Origin: Macrostomum lignano
Taxonomy: Eukaryota
Length of the DNA: 64,000 bases
Reading direction: 5' to 3'
NCBI GenBank assembly: GCA_002269645.1
Contig: NIVC01000168.1
Coordinates: 124,001 to 188,000 of the forward strand
The position numbers and the translations under genes are program-made. Shown in pieces: positions 36,947 to 51,581 of the stretch. Below the pieces are notes generated by a model. It did not search any database. It saw nothing but the letters and a program-made list of their open reading frames with translations, and was not told the origin of the DNA. Each line of letters begins with the position of its first letter. Position 1 is the stretch's first letter.

Positions 36947-37943
36947 ATGCAGCAAAGTCTTCCGCGTCATCAGCGGCTGCTGCTGCTACTGCTGCTGATA
37001 ATTCTACAACTTGGTGGTTCTGTAAGCAGCTCAGAAGTTCCAAGCAGCACTAACAGTTATCAGACCAGCTACAATGGCAACAACTTCAGTCACCTGGAGC
37101 TGTACACAGATCCAACCGGTCGAGAATTGGTGCTGGTGGCTCAGAAGAACGCTTTGATAAGATTGAGTCCAGACCTCAGCCAGTCATCCCGGACTCTACT
37201 TGGCCCGTTAAACGATTCAAAGACATGCATGCCGCACCAAATTCATCAGGGCATGCCGAACTGCCACCTGGCACCGATGGATAACTACATCCGGGCTGTG
37301 GACATTGTCAATGGTTCGATGCTGCATTTCTGCATGAGCTACCTCAGCGGCAGCTGCGCCAGCGTCCGCCTCACAGCCTTGGACGCTCCTCTGCTGGTGA
37401 ACACGACCGCCGTCGCTGAAGTTCTCAGCGAGTCTGTCGATGGATTGCTCTGTCGGAATCCCGAGTCCGACATCTTCCTGACCGTGTCGGATCGGAGCCT
37501 CGGCAGAGGCGGCAGCGTGCCCGATGCTCTGTACCTGACGATGCCGTTCTGCGCCTCGAGGCGGGACAAGATTGAGCCGACACTGGCGATTGTGGACCCG
37601 CAAACTCTGCGGAAATTCGCCGTCTCGGAGGAATTCAATTTTTTCCAAGCCGAGATCGTGTCGCGAAGGGATTTCATCAGGCCTGGCCGTCTCGCGCATC
37701 ACGCATCCTTTCGACGCGTTTCTAAGGACGCTCGAGGACTTAGAAGGTCTTGCGTGTACTTAGTTCTGACGGCTAGGGCTGGCCCATTGCGCAGGGCGAG
37801 GCTACGACTGGCTCGTCTGTGCTCTGCTGACCTCAGCCTGTCCAACTATGTGGAAGCTCTGGTAGACTGCGGCGGCTGCGGCACTCTGAAGGGTCGGGAC
37901 GAAGTGGACTGCGTTGGTCGAGCTGCGGCTGTGGCGCCTGCGG
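36947..37943 (+). CDS. PLXN: Plexin coding exon 1: signal peptide and N-terminal Sema domain
   Basis: ATG then hydrophobic LLLLLLLIILQLGG signal; Sema-like features (RLARLCSAD.S..NYVE..VDC); ends G|gtgagt, phase 1. Confidence 0.9.
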
Positions 37944-37950
37944 GTGAGTG

Positions 37951-38490
<540 letters not shown>

Positions 38491-39073
38491 AATATCCAGA
38501 TGCATACATATACACAAGCTATAGATAGACTAGAGCATATATAAACACAAAATGAGGGCAGAGTATGTGGCGCACTGATGGCAATTTCCAGACATTTGAA
38601 AATGGGACAGCGCGATGTAAATTGCCTCTGTCGTGGTCCCTTCTTTCTCTCTCTCATCCCTTTCCCCTGCCTCCTCTCAGGCTCTCGAAAAGCGTCCCCC
38701 CTCTCTCCTGTCCCTCTGCACTGTCGCATCCTCAATTGATTGCAAATATTCGAAAAAGTCGAGTTATAACCGCTCACGCAGCACTGCACAGGCTCTGGGG
38801 GAGAGCTTAGATAGATCCCTCCAATTTCACCTCTCGGGATACCGCAGTCTCCTAAGGGGTGCAGCGGCTGGGAACCTACTACCACCCCTTTGCCCGTCAG
38901 TCCTCAAGTGTTACTTACGGCCTTCGTTCCGTCAGCCAACAAAAGTGCAAGTTATAATCCATCTCTTTACATCATATAGATTGTGAAAGGACAGGAACTT
39001 TGGTTGGTGTGCGCCAATTTGTAGCTTTTCGAGTTAACTTTCACTTCGTGGCTATAATTACATATAATTATGG

Positions 39074-39302
39074 TGCCCCTGGTCCTATAGACCCTGGTGC
39101 TATAGACCCTGGTGCTAAAGCCCCTGGTGCTAAAGCCCTTGGTGCTAAAGCCCCTGGTGCTATAGACCTTGGTGCTAAAGCCCTTGGTGCTAAAGACCCT
39201 GGTGCTAAAGCCTTGGTGCTAAAGCCCCTGGTGCTAAAGCCCTTGGTGCTAAAGCCCCTGGTGCTATAGACCTTGGTGCTAAAGCCCCTGGTGCTTAAGA
39301 CC
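39074..39302. repeat. 15-bp CCCCTGGTGCTAAAG minisatellite, locus 2
   Basis: Read directly. Confidence 0.93.
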
Positions 39303-40516
39303 CTTGCTTAACTTCTGTGACACTTGATAGCTTGGAGCTAAGCTTGGTTTACCTGCTGCTCATGTGTGTTGGTGCGTCTGCATGTATTTGCGGCTATAAA
39401 TCTAGAACAAGCATATTATAAATAGGTACGACTTAAGAATCAAAGAAGATAGGAGCGTAAAGGCAGCTGCATGAGGTACCTCGAGTGGAACACAAATAAA
39501 CGAACAACCATCTGCTCTCCCAAGTGCACTAAAAAGCGCTTTCCCATGCACAGTGCAGTATTGCACAGGTTAACTCTCCATCTCTCTTTGATCCCTAACA
39601 TCCCTTTATGGTAATCTATACTTTCTGGGCCAGGCATATAGGCTAAGCTTAAAGGTTTCTATCCCAATTTTGGACTTTTTCCAAATCCCTCTAATATCTG
39701 ACTCCCCCCTCACCCTCTCTTTGCTGTGCCACGAGGATTGCATTTCTTTGGAGAGATTTGCTCGTTTTCTCCTCTCTGCCTCTCCAAACGTCATGCCCTG
39801 CCTGTGTACAAACACTGATAAGAGGGAGAGGGTTGGGGTAGAGAGAGTGAGTGTGTGTGCGAGGAGTTGTGAGGATCATCATTAGTACTGTAAGTGTGCA
39901 CCCAACCTACGCTTCGTTTGTACGCCTATATACGCCGCAGTGTACACCATGGGTGCCCGACTGGATGAACGTCCTCTTTTAAAGTTACAAGACCAGCAAC
40001 AATGCCCTTTCATTTCGCTTTCCCCCTCCTAGACAGAAAATTATCCTAAAATAGGCAACAGCAGGACGAAGGGAAAAAGATCCCCCAGATATTGGGGATG
40101 TATATGGGTAACGGAATGGGAAACTCTGGTAGCTTGCTTTTACAAGTGTTTTTTGTCTTGGATTTACCAGCGGGTCTCCATACTTAATCTAGATCACCAT
40201 CCATGTAGGAAACATGATCCCTATCTAAAATACATGATCCTCATCTTAAACACATGATCCTTCAACACATGATTCTTATCTGAAACATATGATCCTACAT
40301 AAATCACCTCTAGCACAAACTATTCAACTTATTACCATCTAAAACACATTGTCCTATATGACATACCTCTAAGACACATGATCTCCATCTAAAACACTTG
40401 GTGGTACGTGATCTACTTCTAGAACATATGATGCACATCTGAAACACTCGATGCTACGTGATGTACCTCTAGGACACATGATCTGCACACCCATTGTTCT
40501 GATCCCATTTCTACAG

Positions 40517-41070
40517 GCAGGCACCTGGCCCGGCACCTGAACATCTCATCCACATCAGACACCGAAGTACTGTTCCTGACGTCCAGCCACAATAATCGAA
40601 GCGGAGTCTGTGCAGTCAGAATGCTCCAAGTCGATCAGCTTCTCGATTTGATCCTGGACGATTGTCGTCAAGGCCGTCCGCAGGCACTCTATGGCCCGAC
40701 CTACCTGCGCGATGAGCTGCCCTGCTCGCAGGTGAACGGAGCCTCGGGTTCGGGAGGCGCCTCGTCCAGTGCTCGAGGCATCTGGGCGGGCATCGTGAGC
40801 GCCAATCCTGACAGGGTGATTCGAGCTCCGTTTATGGCCGAAGTTCCCGAGCCTGCGGACGAAGTTACAGCCGTTGCTTCGGTGGCTACAAGACGTGGAG
40901 ATCAGCTGATCTACTCTGGCACCCTGCTGGGCAGTCTGCTTGGATATCGGATTGACAGCTCGATTTCTTCTTTGCCAAAGATGGCCTTCTTTCAGACTCA
41001 AATCGGGCAGAAGCCAATCCTTGCGGTTCGGACTGGAGAGGATCGTCTGCTTGCGTTGACTGAGTCGCAG
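40517..41070 (+). CDS. PLXN: Plexin exon 2 (Sema domain, C-terminal part)
   Basis: ctacag|GC...CAG|gtgagc, phase 1-0; GRHLARHLNISSTSDTEVLF...VCAVRM...DDCRQG matches plexin LA.QL.I....DVLF...SALC...I..CY.G. Confidence 0.9.
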
Positions 41071-41112
41071 GTGAGCTTGAGGTTGAATTATCAATGGTGG
41101 ATTTAGCAAATA

Positions 41113-42260
41113 AGGGGTAGATAGATGAAAAATAGGATGGTAGATCGATGGACAATAGGATGGTAGATCGATGGACAATAGGATGGTAGATCGATGGACA
41201 ATAGGATGATAGATAGATGGACAATAGGATGGTAGATAGATGGACAATAGGATGGTAGATAGATGGACAATAGGATGGTAGATAGATGGACAATAGGATG
41301 GTAGATAGATGGACAATAGGATGGTAGATAGATGGACAATAGGATGATAGATCGATAGACAATAGGATGGTAGATAGATGGACAATAGGATAGTAGATAG
41401 ATAGACAATAGGATGATAGATAGATGGACAATAGGATGGTAGATAGATGGACAATAGGATGATAGATAGATGGACAATAGGATGTTACATCGATGGACAA
41501 TAGGATGGTAGATCGATGGACAATAGGATGATAGATAGATGGACAATAGGATGGTAGATAGATGGACAATAGGATGATAGATAGATGGACAATAGGATGT
41601 TACATCGATGGACAATAGGATGGTAGATCGATGGACAATAGGATGGTAGATCGATGGACAATATGATGATAGATAGATGGACAATAGGATGTTAGATCGA
41701 TGGACAATAGGATGATAGATAGATGGACAACAATATGATGGTAGATAGATGGACAATAGGATGTTACATCGATGGACAATAGGATGGTAGATCGATGGAA
41801 AATGGGATGGTATATTGATAGACAATGGGATAATAGATAGATGGACAATAGGATGGTAGATAGATGGACAATAGGATGGTAGATAGAGGGACAATAGGAC
41901 GTTACATCGATGGACAATAGGATGGTAGATCGATGGACAATAGGATGATAGATAGATGAAAAATAGGATGGTAGATCGATGGACAATAGGATAGTAGATC
42001 GATGGACAATAGGATGGTAGATCGATGGACAATAGGATGGTAGATCGATGGACAATAGGATGTTACATCGATGGACAATAGGATGGTAGATCGATGGACA
42101 ATAGGATGGTAGATCGATGGACAATAGGATGGTAGATCGATGGACAATAGGATGATAGACAGGTGGACAATAGGATGGTAAATAGATGGACAATAGGATG
42201 GTAGATAGATAGATGGACAATAAGATGGTAGATAGATGGACAATAGAAGGGTAGATAAAT
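41113..42260. repeat. 23-bp minisatellite GATAGATGGACAATAGGATGGTA
   Basis: Read directly. Confidence 0.96.
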
Positions 42261-42641
42261 GAAAAAATAACATATAAGAAAGTTTAATAGCAGATGGATG
42301 AAAAAGAATCTGAGCCATGAAGCAAAATATAAGTCAGTATAATTGACTGCCTATGTTTTAAAGCGATTGGTTCTGATCTGGCATTTGGCAATACTATGAC
42401 CAAAACAATTTGGCGCTGAAAGTCTCAAGCAACTGTAATGAGAAATTCTCCACAATGGAAATAACCCTTTGCAGGAAAGGTCACGGTAAGGCTAAGCGTT
42501 GCAATTTTGAAGCGTGATAGAGGGGGAATGAGTTCCGCTGCCGCTAGGGAAGTTGTCCAGAGTGTCACTCAAGCGGAGACCGGGATTATAATGGTCACGC
42601 GATGAAATACTGCAGAGTTAGTAGAGTAGTTTGAGTGTTAA

Positions 42642-42668
42642 ATAGATAGATAGATACATAGATAGATG

Positions 42669-42712
<44 letters not shown>

Positions 42713-42713
42713 C

Positions 42714-42745
<32 letters not shown>

Positions 42746-42800
42746 ATTAATTGATTGATTAACTAATTGATTGATTGATTGATTGTTGATTGATTGACTG
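42642..42800. repeat. (GATA)n and (GATT)n microsatellites
   Basis: Read directly. Confidence 0.95.
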
Positions 42801-43559
42801 ACTCGATACACTCAAGCAAGCTCATCTCTGGACAGTCTAGTAAGAAATTCGTTTGAGAGAAATTGTATACACAATAACTCATCAAACCAGCATATAATGG
42901 GTAGTAGTTAGCCTCTGAACTACGCCAATGGGAGAACTTTCCCTTCAACCCCAGCAACAAACAACCTCGTCTCCCCATTTAATTTCCCAAGCGACAGTCC
43001 AAATTTAGACCCCGACTGGCTTGTTGGTGGTTAACTGGAGCAGCCTCGGGGGGGGGGAATGAATTAACAGTAAAGCTGGTGGAATGGGCGCCAATCGCGA
43101 ACTCCATGGCCCAGTGGAATCTCCGCACCCCGCAGGGGGGTTCGCGCTAGTCCACATATACTAAGTTGATATACGCTGCGGCTCTATGGTCGCGGAGCAG
43201 ATAGAATAAGATTCAGTAAATTTAGCTTTTGGCTAAACGGATCGCTGAAGAGCTGAGAGGGGTGCGGGGGTAGAAATCTTTGCAATCAGGCTGGCTAGAT
43301 CTCACTCCCACGCACACAGGCTTTATACAGCTTTATACAAAAAATCGAAGCCTGCATATTCGTTGGGATCTTACTATATGTATTGCAATATAGCAAAATA
43401 CTTGAGATAACGAGTATTATTTTGCTATGTTATTCATATTCCATTGGGATCTTCGAGTTATACATAGATATGGGATGTTTATTCCTAATCTTAGGGAAGA
43501 GCTGATGGCGTTGGAACACTTGACTCATAACGGTTTTGACTCTGTGACTGGCTGTGAAG

Positions 43560-43925
43560 GAGAGAGAGTGAAGGGAGCAGAGAGTGAATGGAGCAGAGAG
43601 TGAAGGGAGCAGAGAGTGAAGGGAGCAGAGAGGGAAGGGAGCAGAGAGTGAAGGGAGCAGAGAGTGAAGGGAGCAGAGAGTGAAGGGAGCAGAGAGTGAA
43701 GGGAGCAGAGAGCGAAAGGAGCAGAGAGTGAAGGGAGAAGAGAGTGAAGGGAGCAGAGAGTGAATGGAGCAGAGAGTGAAGGGAGCAGAGAGTGAATGGA
43801 GCAGAGAGTGAAGGGAGCAGAGAGTGAATGGAGCAGAGAGTGAAGGGAGCAGAGAGTGAAGGGAGCAGAGAGTGAAGGGAGCAGAGAGTGAAGGGAGCAG
43901 AGAGTGAAGGGAGCAGAGAGTGAAG
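43560..43925. repeat. 16-bp purine-rich minisatellite GAGAGTGAAGGGAGCA
   Basis: Read directly. Confidence 0.95.
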
Positions 43926-44530
43926 TGAGGAGGTATTGCAAAGTCACTTGACTTTCATTCCTGCGCAGTTTAGCAGTCCAACAAGCCGTTTGATTCACTC
44001 ACTTATCTCTCTCTCTCTCCAGCTCTGGCTTGCACTGCGCATTTTTGGCATTGGCCTGTTGTGCAGGGGCCTTCAATGCACAGACAGGGATTGCATAACA
44101 GCAGAAAATATGAATTCACCCCCTCCCCTAGTACCATATAGAGCTGAAATTGACTTGCGGATAAAGCTTCAGGCCTTGGTGGCAATCTAGCTAGTATATA
44201 GAGTATTTCATCTACCCGAGCCTTGTTCTGGTGCTAAAATCCAGTCAGTCAGTCAGTCAATCAAGCGCTTCCAAGCGCAGATATTGGCTCTCCTTCCCGT
44301 ACGCAAAAACGCGTGGCCTTCAGCAGAAAAAAAATGGACAGACCCCCTAACCGAGTCGAATGGTTGGGAGATGTTACGTAATGCCTAATGTATAGGACAC
44401 AGCTGTTTTGCTCGGAATACGATCTCATCTAAACAGTTATATAGAGGGAGGATCAAGACCAATTTCATAGATTTCATACTTTTTGTTCGTGCTGCCTGCA
44501 TTTAGCTACTGACAATTTACTGACTGACTG

Positions 44531-45180
44531 AAGGGAGAGAGAGTGAAGGGAGAGTGAAGGGAGAGAGCGAAGGGAGAGAGTGAAGGGAGAAATTAAAGGG
44601 AAAGAGTGAAGGGGAGAGTAAAGGGAGAGGGAGAGAGCGGAGGGAGAGATTGGAGGGAGAGATTAAAGGGAGAGAGTGAAGGGAGAGAGTGAAGAGAGAG
44701 AGTGAAGGGGGAGATTGAAGGGAGAGATTAAAGGGAGAGAGTGAAGGGAGAGAGTGAAGGGAGAGAGTGAAGGGAGAGTGAAGGGAGAGAGTGAAGGGTT
44801 GAGAGTGAAGAGAGAGAGTAAAGGGAGAGAGTGAAGGGAGAGAGAGTGAAGGGAGAGTGAAGGGAGAGAGTGAAGGGAGAGATTGAAGGGAGAGTGTAGG
44901 GAGAGAGTGAAGAGAGAGAGTGAAGGAGAGAGAGTGAAGGGAGAGAGCGAAGGGAGAGAGTGAAGGGAGAGAGTGAAGGGAGAGATTGAAGGGAAAGATT
45001 GAAGGGAGAGAGTGAAGGGAGAGGGTGAAGGGAGGGAGTGAAGGGAGAGAGTGAAGGGAGAGATTGAAGGGAAAGATTGAAGGGAGAGATTTAAGGGAGA
45101 GAGTGAAGGGAGAGTGAAGGGAGAGTGAAGGGAGAGAGTGAAGGGTTGAGAGTGAAGAGAGAGAGTAAAGGGAGAGAGTG
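44531..45180. repeat. Degenerate 11-13-bp purine-rich repeat GAGAGTGAAGGGA
   Basis: Read directly; related to the 16-mer at 43560. Confidence 0.93.
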
Positions 45181-45854
45181 ATTAATCAATCGTTCTTGAA
45201 TCACCAACACCCGACAGAGATTCTCCCACATAATATATCCCAAACAAATCTGTTCCCGCATCGTCATCAGTAAAACTTTGCTGGCCCCCAGCCTCCCCTC
45301 TCTCGAATGAGTCATCAAAAGCCGAAGCGGTGTAGTATTCGTACGCCACTTTTATAAGCAGAGAAAAACACACACAGAGATTTCAAACGCACGAACCAAA
45401 ACATAAGCGGGCCGTTTTTAAGAGGCCTGACTTGTCCTAAACTCCCTAGATTGTAACTTAGCTTTCATGCCAATGGTGGCCTGGTCACACACTGAGCATC
45501 TGCATGCAGTATAAGCTGCAGTGTGGGAACGGTAGCACCATTTGTGCTGAATGGTACCACTTACAGTTATATATGCAGTACTTGCTGTACTTGCAATATT
45601 TATAGCAGATTAATCAGCTACCAAGTGAACTAATGTTCCTCTTTCCCTCGAAGATGAAATTCCCCTCCCCTCTGAAATATTGCCCCCCTCCTATCTCAAT
45701 GATAGATCTGGCTGTGATGCTGATCTCTCAGGGGGACCGCAGTTGCGTATCGAAAAAAAACTGCTGCAAAAGAGGAAAGGTCATTTCGGTATCTGGGATG
45801 AAGCGAACCTCAAACCCTGCTGGCGTCTTGAAATAATATTGACAAGCCAATTTT

Positions 45855-46355
45855 TTGACGCCGTCTGACACCCAACATTGACGCTATCTGATACCCAACA
45901 TCGGCGCTATCTGACACTCGATTTCGGCGCTATCTGAAATCCAAATGTGGCGCTATCTGACATTTATTTTGGGCGCTATCTGACACTTAACTTTGGGCGC
46001 TATCTGACATTTAACTTTGGGCGCTATCTGACACTTGATTTTGGCACTATCTGACACTTGATTTTAGCGCTATCTGACACTTAATTATTTCGCTATCTGA
46101 CACTTGATTTTGGCGCTATCTAACACTTGATTTTGGCGCTATCTGACACTTGATTTTGGCGCTATCTGACACAAATTTGGCGCTTTCTGACACTTAATTT
46201 TTGCGCTATCTGACACTTGATTTTGGCGCTATCTGACACTTGATTTTTGCGCTATCTGACACTTGATTTTGGCGCTATCTGACACAAATTTGGCGCTATC
46301 TGACACTTAATTTTTGCGCTATCTGACACTTGATTTTGGCGCTATCTGACACCCA
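45855..46355. repeat. 23-bp minisatellite GGCGCTATCTGACACTTGATTTT
   Basis: Read directly; about 22 units. Confidence 0.95.
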
Positions 46356-46969
46356 GTTTCAGCTATTGACGAACTTTTTTGCTTTACATTGCCCTACAAA
46401 AATTGAACTTGTGGTGGTAGATGAAGGACACAAACTGTCCTGAAATGTCAGAGGAAATTAAAAAAACAGTATGAGGTCAACCAGCTTATCTTCAGGAAAA
46501 ATTCTCAAGAAATGCCAGCTTAAGAGGTTCCAGTAATCCACCAGCTTAGGCCCCCGTTTAAGCCTAATCCGCTGAAAGAAACTTGCCGCATTAAATAGAT
46601 AAGAAATAAAAGTTAGTTAAGCGTTACTCTTGCAGTATATTTATCTACCTAACTTAGATGGAAGAGGTTCGAAAAGGTGTAGAAGAAAGGGTTAATTCAG
46701 GTCAACACCGTTTTTTCCAAGGTTAAACTGCCTGGTATAAGTTTTGACTGTTGTATACAAAGTTGATGTGCCGTGCAGAATCATACACACATTTTGTATC
46801 ACGAAGGCAAGAAAATAAATTAATCTGAGGGTTGGGCCTAGGCAAAGACTTGTAGGTAGATATGTGGAAGTTTCTAGGCTTTAAGAAACCATGGGTCCTT
46901 AGATGAATTAGTTTTTTGAATCTGTGTGTTTTCCTAGAAATGCCGATTAGATTCTTGGAATTTTTGAGA

Positions 46970-47290
46970 TAGTGGAGGGTGAGGAGGGTGAGACACGGGG
47001 GGTGAGGAGGGTGAGACAGGGGGTTGACGAAGGTGAGACAGTCGGTTGAGGAATGTGAGACAGGGTAGGTGAGGAAGGTTAGACAGGGGAGGGTGAGGAG
47101 GGTGAGACGGGGGTTGATGAAGGTAAGACAGAGGGCTAAGGAGGTGGGACAGAGGGTTAAGGAGGGTGAGACAGGGTAGGGTAAGAAGGGTGAGGAAGGT
47201 GGGACAAGGGAGGGTGAGGGGTAAGACAGCAGAATGTGAAGAGGGTAAGACAGTGGAGGGTGAGACAGAGGATGATGAGACTGAAGAGGG
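46970..47290. repeat. Degenerate GA-rich repeat (GAGGAGGGTGAGACA-like)
   Basis: Read directly. Confidence 0.8.
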
Positions 47291-47789
47291 GGATACTTTA
47301 TGGTAAGAACTGCATATTTTTTAAGCGCCAAAGATCAGCCCGACTCAGTTAATTTATTCTTTTAAAAGCAAAAATTTGGAATATTGCAGAGTGGCAAATT
47401 CTGCAGGCCACAGCTAGATTAGCTGGCAAATTTGACAAATGCGCTTTGACAGGCAGTCAGAGTCAATCACCGAGCTTCCCAACCCATCAGTGCGCTGCAC
47501 TCGAATGTAATTTCATTGCGTTAGCGTTGGCTTGGCAGGTCATTTAAGGTCATATCCTCAGCGCTCGAAATTACTTCCATCAATTTATATTCGAGTATTT
47601 TGGTAGGGGCAAATATTTCCTATCTACCTTGGCCTCCCAGCGTGCAGGTCAGGGAAGTGAATGATAATTATTTCCGGTCAATTGATCTCTCCAAACACCT
47701 CTTGGCCCGGAGGTAACGGGAAACTAGAAAAGTTTTACGCTTTCAGAGAATATTTTTGAGCTAGACAGAGGGAGAAAATCGTTTGGAAG

Positions 47790-48180
47790 AGAAAGGAGAG
47801 GGAGGGGAAAAGGGGCGTAGAAAAGAGGGAAGATTTGAGAGGGAGAGATGAGAGGGAGAGATAAGAGGGAGAGATAAGATTGAGAGATGAGAGGGAGAGA
47901 TAAGATGGAGAGATAAGAGGTAAAGATAAGAGGGAGAGATAAGAGGGAGAGATAAGAGGGAGAGATAAGAGGTAAAGATAAGAGGGAGAGATAAGAGGGA
48001 GAGATAAGAGGGAGAGATAAGAGGGAGAGATAAGAGGTAAAGATAAGAGGGAGAGATAAGAGGGAGAGATAAGAGGGAGAGATAAGAGGGAGAGATAAGA
48101 GGGAGAGATGAGAGGGAGAGATAAGAGGGAGAGATAAGAGGGAGAGATAAGAGGGAGAGATGAGAGGGAGGAGAGGAAGC
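47790..48180. repeat. 13-bp purine-rich repeat GAGGGAGAGATAA
   Basis: Read directly. Confidence 0.93.
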
Positions 48181-48707
48181 TAAAGCATGGGGAGATGAAG
48201 AGAAGGGAGAATGTAATATTAATGAGGTGAGATAGCTACATCAGTGTTACTCGAATATTATTTTTTAAGATTTCAAAGAAATTTTCGTAGAAAGCAGAAT
48301 TTCTCCGCTGACCAAACCCCTTTATCCAGCGTTATTGGCCCATGATCACCGATATGTATTATAAATAATTTCCCACCGCTACAAGAGAAGGAAAAATTAC
48401 AAACTGTTGTGGTTTCGCCGTTCGGCTTGGACTATTTTGGTTCACTTGGCGAACTATTTTTATGATACAAAGGCTAAAAAGATTTTATTCATAATATGCA
48501 AGTTTTTGGAGCGATATTATTTTATTATTATAATTGCGAAATGCACACTTTCTGCGCAGTTTTCGCACTTCCTGCTGCTCCTTGCGCGCAAAAACTGTCT
48601 GTGTTTTAACCAATAAACGGAACACTGAAGTACCAAATAGTGAACAGAAATTAATAGTCTCTAGCGGCTCTGGTCTGATAAAGTACTCTGAGCTTTAAAA
48701 AGCAGGG

Positions 48708-49402
48708 TACTCAAGCCCCTGGTACTCAAGCCCCTGGTGCTAAAGCCCCTGGTACTCAAGCCCCTGGTGCTCAAGCCCCTGGTACTCAAGCCCCTGGTAC
48801 TCAAGCCCCTGGTACTCAAGCCCCTGGTACTCAAGCCCCTGGTACTCAAGCCCCTGGTACTCAAGCCCCTGGTACTCAAGCCCCTGGTACTAATGCCCCT
48901 GGTACTAATGCCCCTGGTACTAATGCCCCTAGTACTAATACCCCTGGTACTAATGCCCCTGGTACTCAAGCCCCTGGTACTAAAGCCCCTGGTACTCAAG
49001 CCCCTGGTACTCAAGCCCCTGGTACTCAAGCCCCTGGTACTAATGCCCCTGGTACTAATGCCCCTAGTACTAATGCCCCTGGTACTAATGCCCCTGGTAC
49101 TAATGCCCCTGGTACTCAAGCCCCTGGTACTCAAGCCCCTGGTACTAATGCCTCTGGTACTAATGCCCCTGGTACTAATGCCCCTGGTACAAATGCCCCT
49201 GGTGCTAAGCTAAAGCCCCTGGTGCCAAAGCCCCTGGTACTAATGCCCCTGGTACTAATGCCCCTGGTACTAATGCCCCTGGTACTAATGCCCCTGGTAC
49301 TAATGCCCCTGGTACTAATGCCCCTGGTACTAATGCCCCTGGTACAAATGCCCCTGGTGCTAAGCTAAAGCCCCTGGTGCCAAAGCCCCTGGTGCTAAAG
49401 CC
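48708..49402. repeat. 15-bp CCCCTGGT(G/A)CT(A/C)A(A/T)G minisatellite, locus 3
   Basis: Read directly; ends about 50 nt before a plexin acceptor. Confidence 0.96.
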
Positions 49403-49451
49403 TCGGTGCAGCAAGGCTCAGCATCTTTCCAAACCGTCACTCCACCCGCAG

Positions 49452-49896
49452 GTCCACTCGCAGCCGTACGCCAATTGCGAGGCTCAATATTTCACCTGTT
49501 CAACTTGCCTATCGCCTAGCAACCCGCACTGTCTATGGTCCAACCTGCCCGGCTCCAACGGAGGCTGTCGCACGGTGAAGCCACGGGAGCAGTATAATCT
49601 GACGGCGATCGCCTCTCTGGCTGAGGTCACTGAAGCCGAGAGGTGCGCCCGGGTGACGCTGATATCTGGCGAAGGCGTCGATGTGGACCAGCTCAGACAG
49701 GGAGGCGAAACTGCCGCTTCTGTGGTTGCTGAGGTGGCAAATGCACCGCTGGGACTGCCGCTGCACTGCCAGCTGGGAGTGGCCGGCAACGCTTCTGAGG
49801 CAGCTGAAGTAGCGACGGTTCAGTACAATGGGACTGCGGCTGTGGTCACCTGCGGACTGAGCACGGCCCGCCTGGCTGCTCTGCTGGGAGATAGAA
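49452..49896 (+). CDS. PLXN: Plexin exon 3 (PSI-1 and following domain)
   Basis: ccgcag|GTC...A|gtaagt, phase 0-1; CEAQYFTCSTCLSPSNPHCLW matches the PSI pattern C..Y.SC..CL...DPHCGW. Confidence 0.92.
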
Positions 49897-49906
49897 GTAA
49901 GTGGTT

Positions 49907-50860
<954 letters not shown>

Positions 50861-50865
50861 CACAG

Positions 50866-51206
50866 GCAGCAGACAGCTTACCCTGCAGCTATCAGTGAAT
50901 TCGAACCCCGGTCAATCAGCCCTGGCGTCGGCTGAATTGTTCGCCTTTGCCTGCAGCCGGCACTCGAGCTGCAACAGCTGCACCGAAGGCGGTCGCGGTC
51001 GGTGTGGCTGGTGCGTTCCGGAGGGCAGGTGTCTGACGGCCGGTTCAAGTTGCGGCGTGGACAGTTTTGCCTCAGAGAGTTTGCTATTAACCAGGTCACG
51101 GTGTCCCGTCATTCACTTAGCCTCAGGTGCCTCAGAAGCTCCGATGTTGCCATCAGGTGCAAGCCAAGGTCAGGCTAGACTGGTGTATGCAGCTGCGGGA
51201 TTGCAG
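50866..51206 (+). CDS. PLXN: Plexin exon 4 (PSI-2)
   Basis: tcacag|GC...CAG|gtaagc, phase 1-0; CSRHSSCNSCTEGGRGRCGWCVPEGRC. Confidence 0.92.
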
Positions 51207-51581
51207 GTAAGCATCGCATCGAATGCCTAGCACAGGTACGAGAATAATGGAGAATACTTCATTAAAGGAACTAACTGTCTCTAAGCAGTCTGTGCTCTCC
51301 AGTGTCAGTTTCCCGGCAATCAATATTGGCACAGCCAAAATAGAGTTCGGCCCAGAGCAAGTATAGGAGGGCCCAAGGGTAGCAAACAGATATTGAGCCG
51401 GGCCAGCAATCGATGCCTCAACTGCGGCATGTATGCGTGCGCTGGCTGAGTCAGAAAGGAAGCGAATAAACACGAAATAGTGGTATTATTTCATCTGCGC
51501 GCCCCACCGGATCGATGGGGAGAATTTTTCCTCAGCTGTAAACTGCAAGCCTTTCGCAATTTTTCTATTCTCCATCCGCAG

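Noticed and set aside
38760-38960. Twister- or HDV-like ribozyme on the minus strand (TAACACT...GGTTCCCAGCC...GGAGGG)
   Set aside because: Only fragments of the motifs match and the required helices could not be built. An Infernal search would settle it.
38681-38986. Extra plexin exon after the pyrimidine tract and AG at 38680
   Set aside because: The required phase hits TGA within about 20 codons, and exon 1 joins 40517 with continuous Sema homology.
45633-45868. Possible plexin exon or nested gene (ORFs at 45633 and 45680)
   Set aside because: No recognisable homology, and plexin exons 2 and 3 already join seamlessly (LTESQ|VHSQPYANC).
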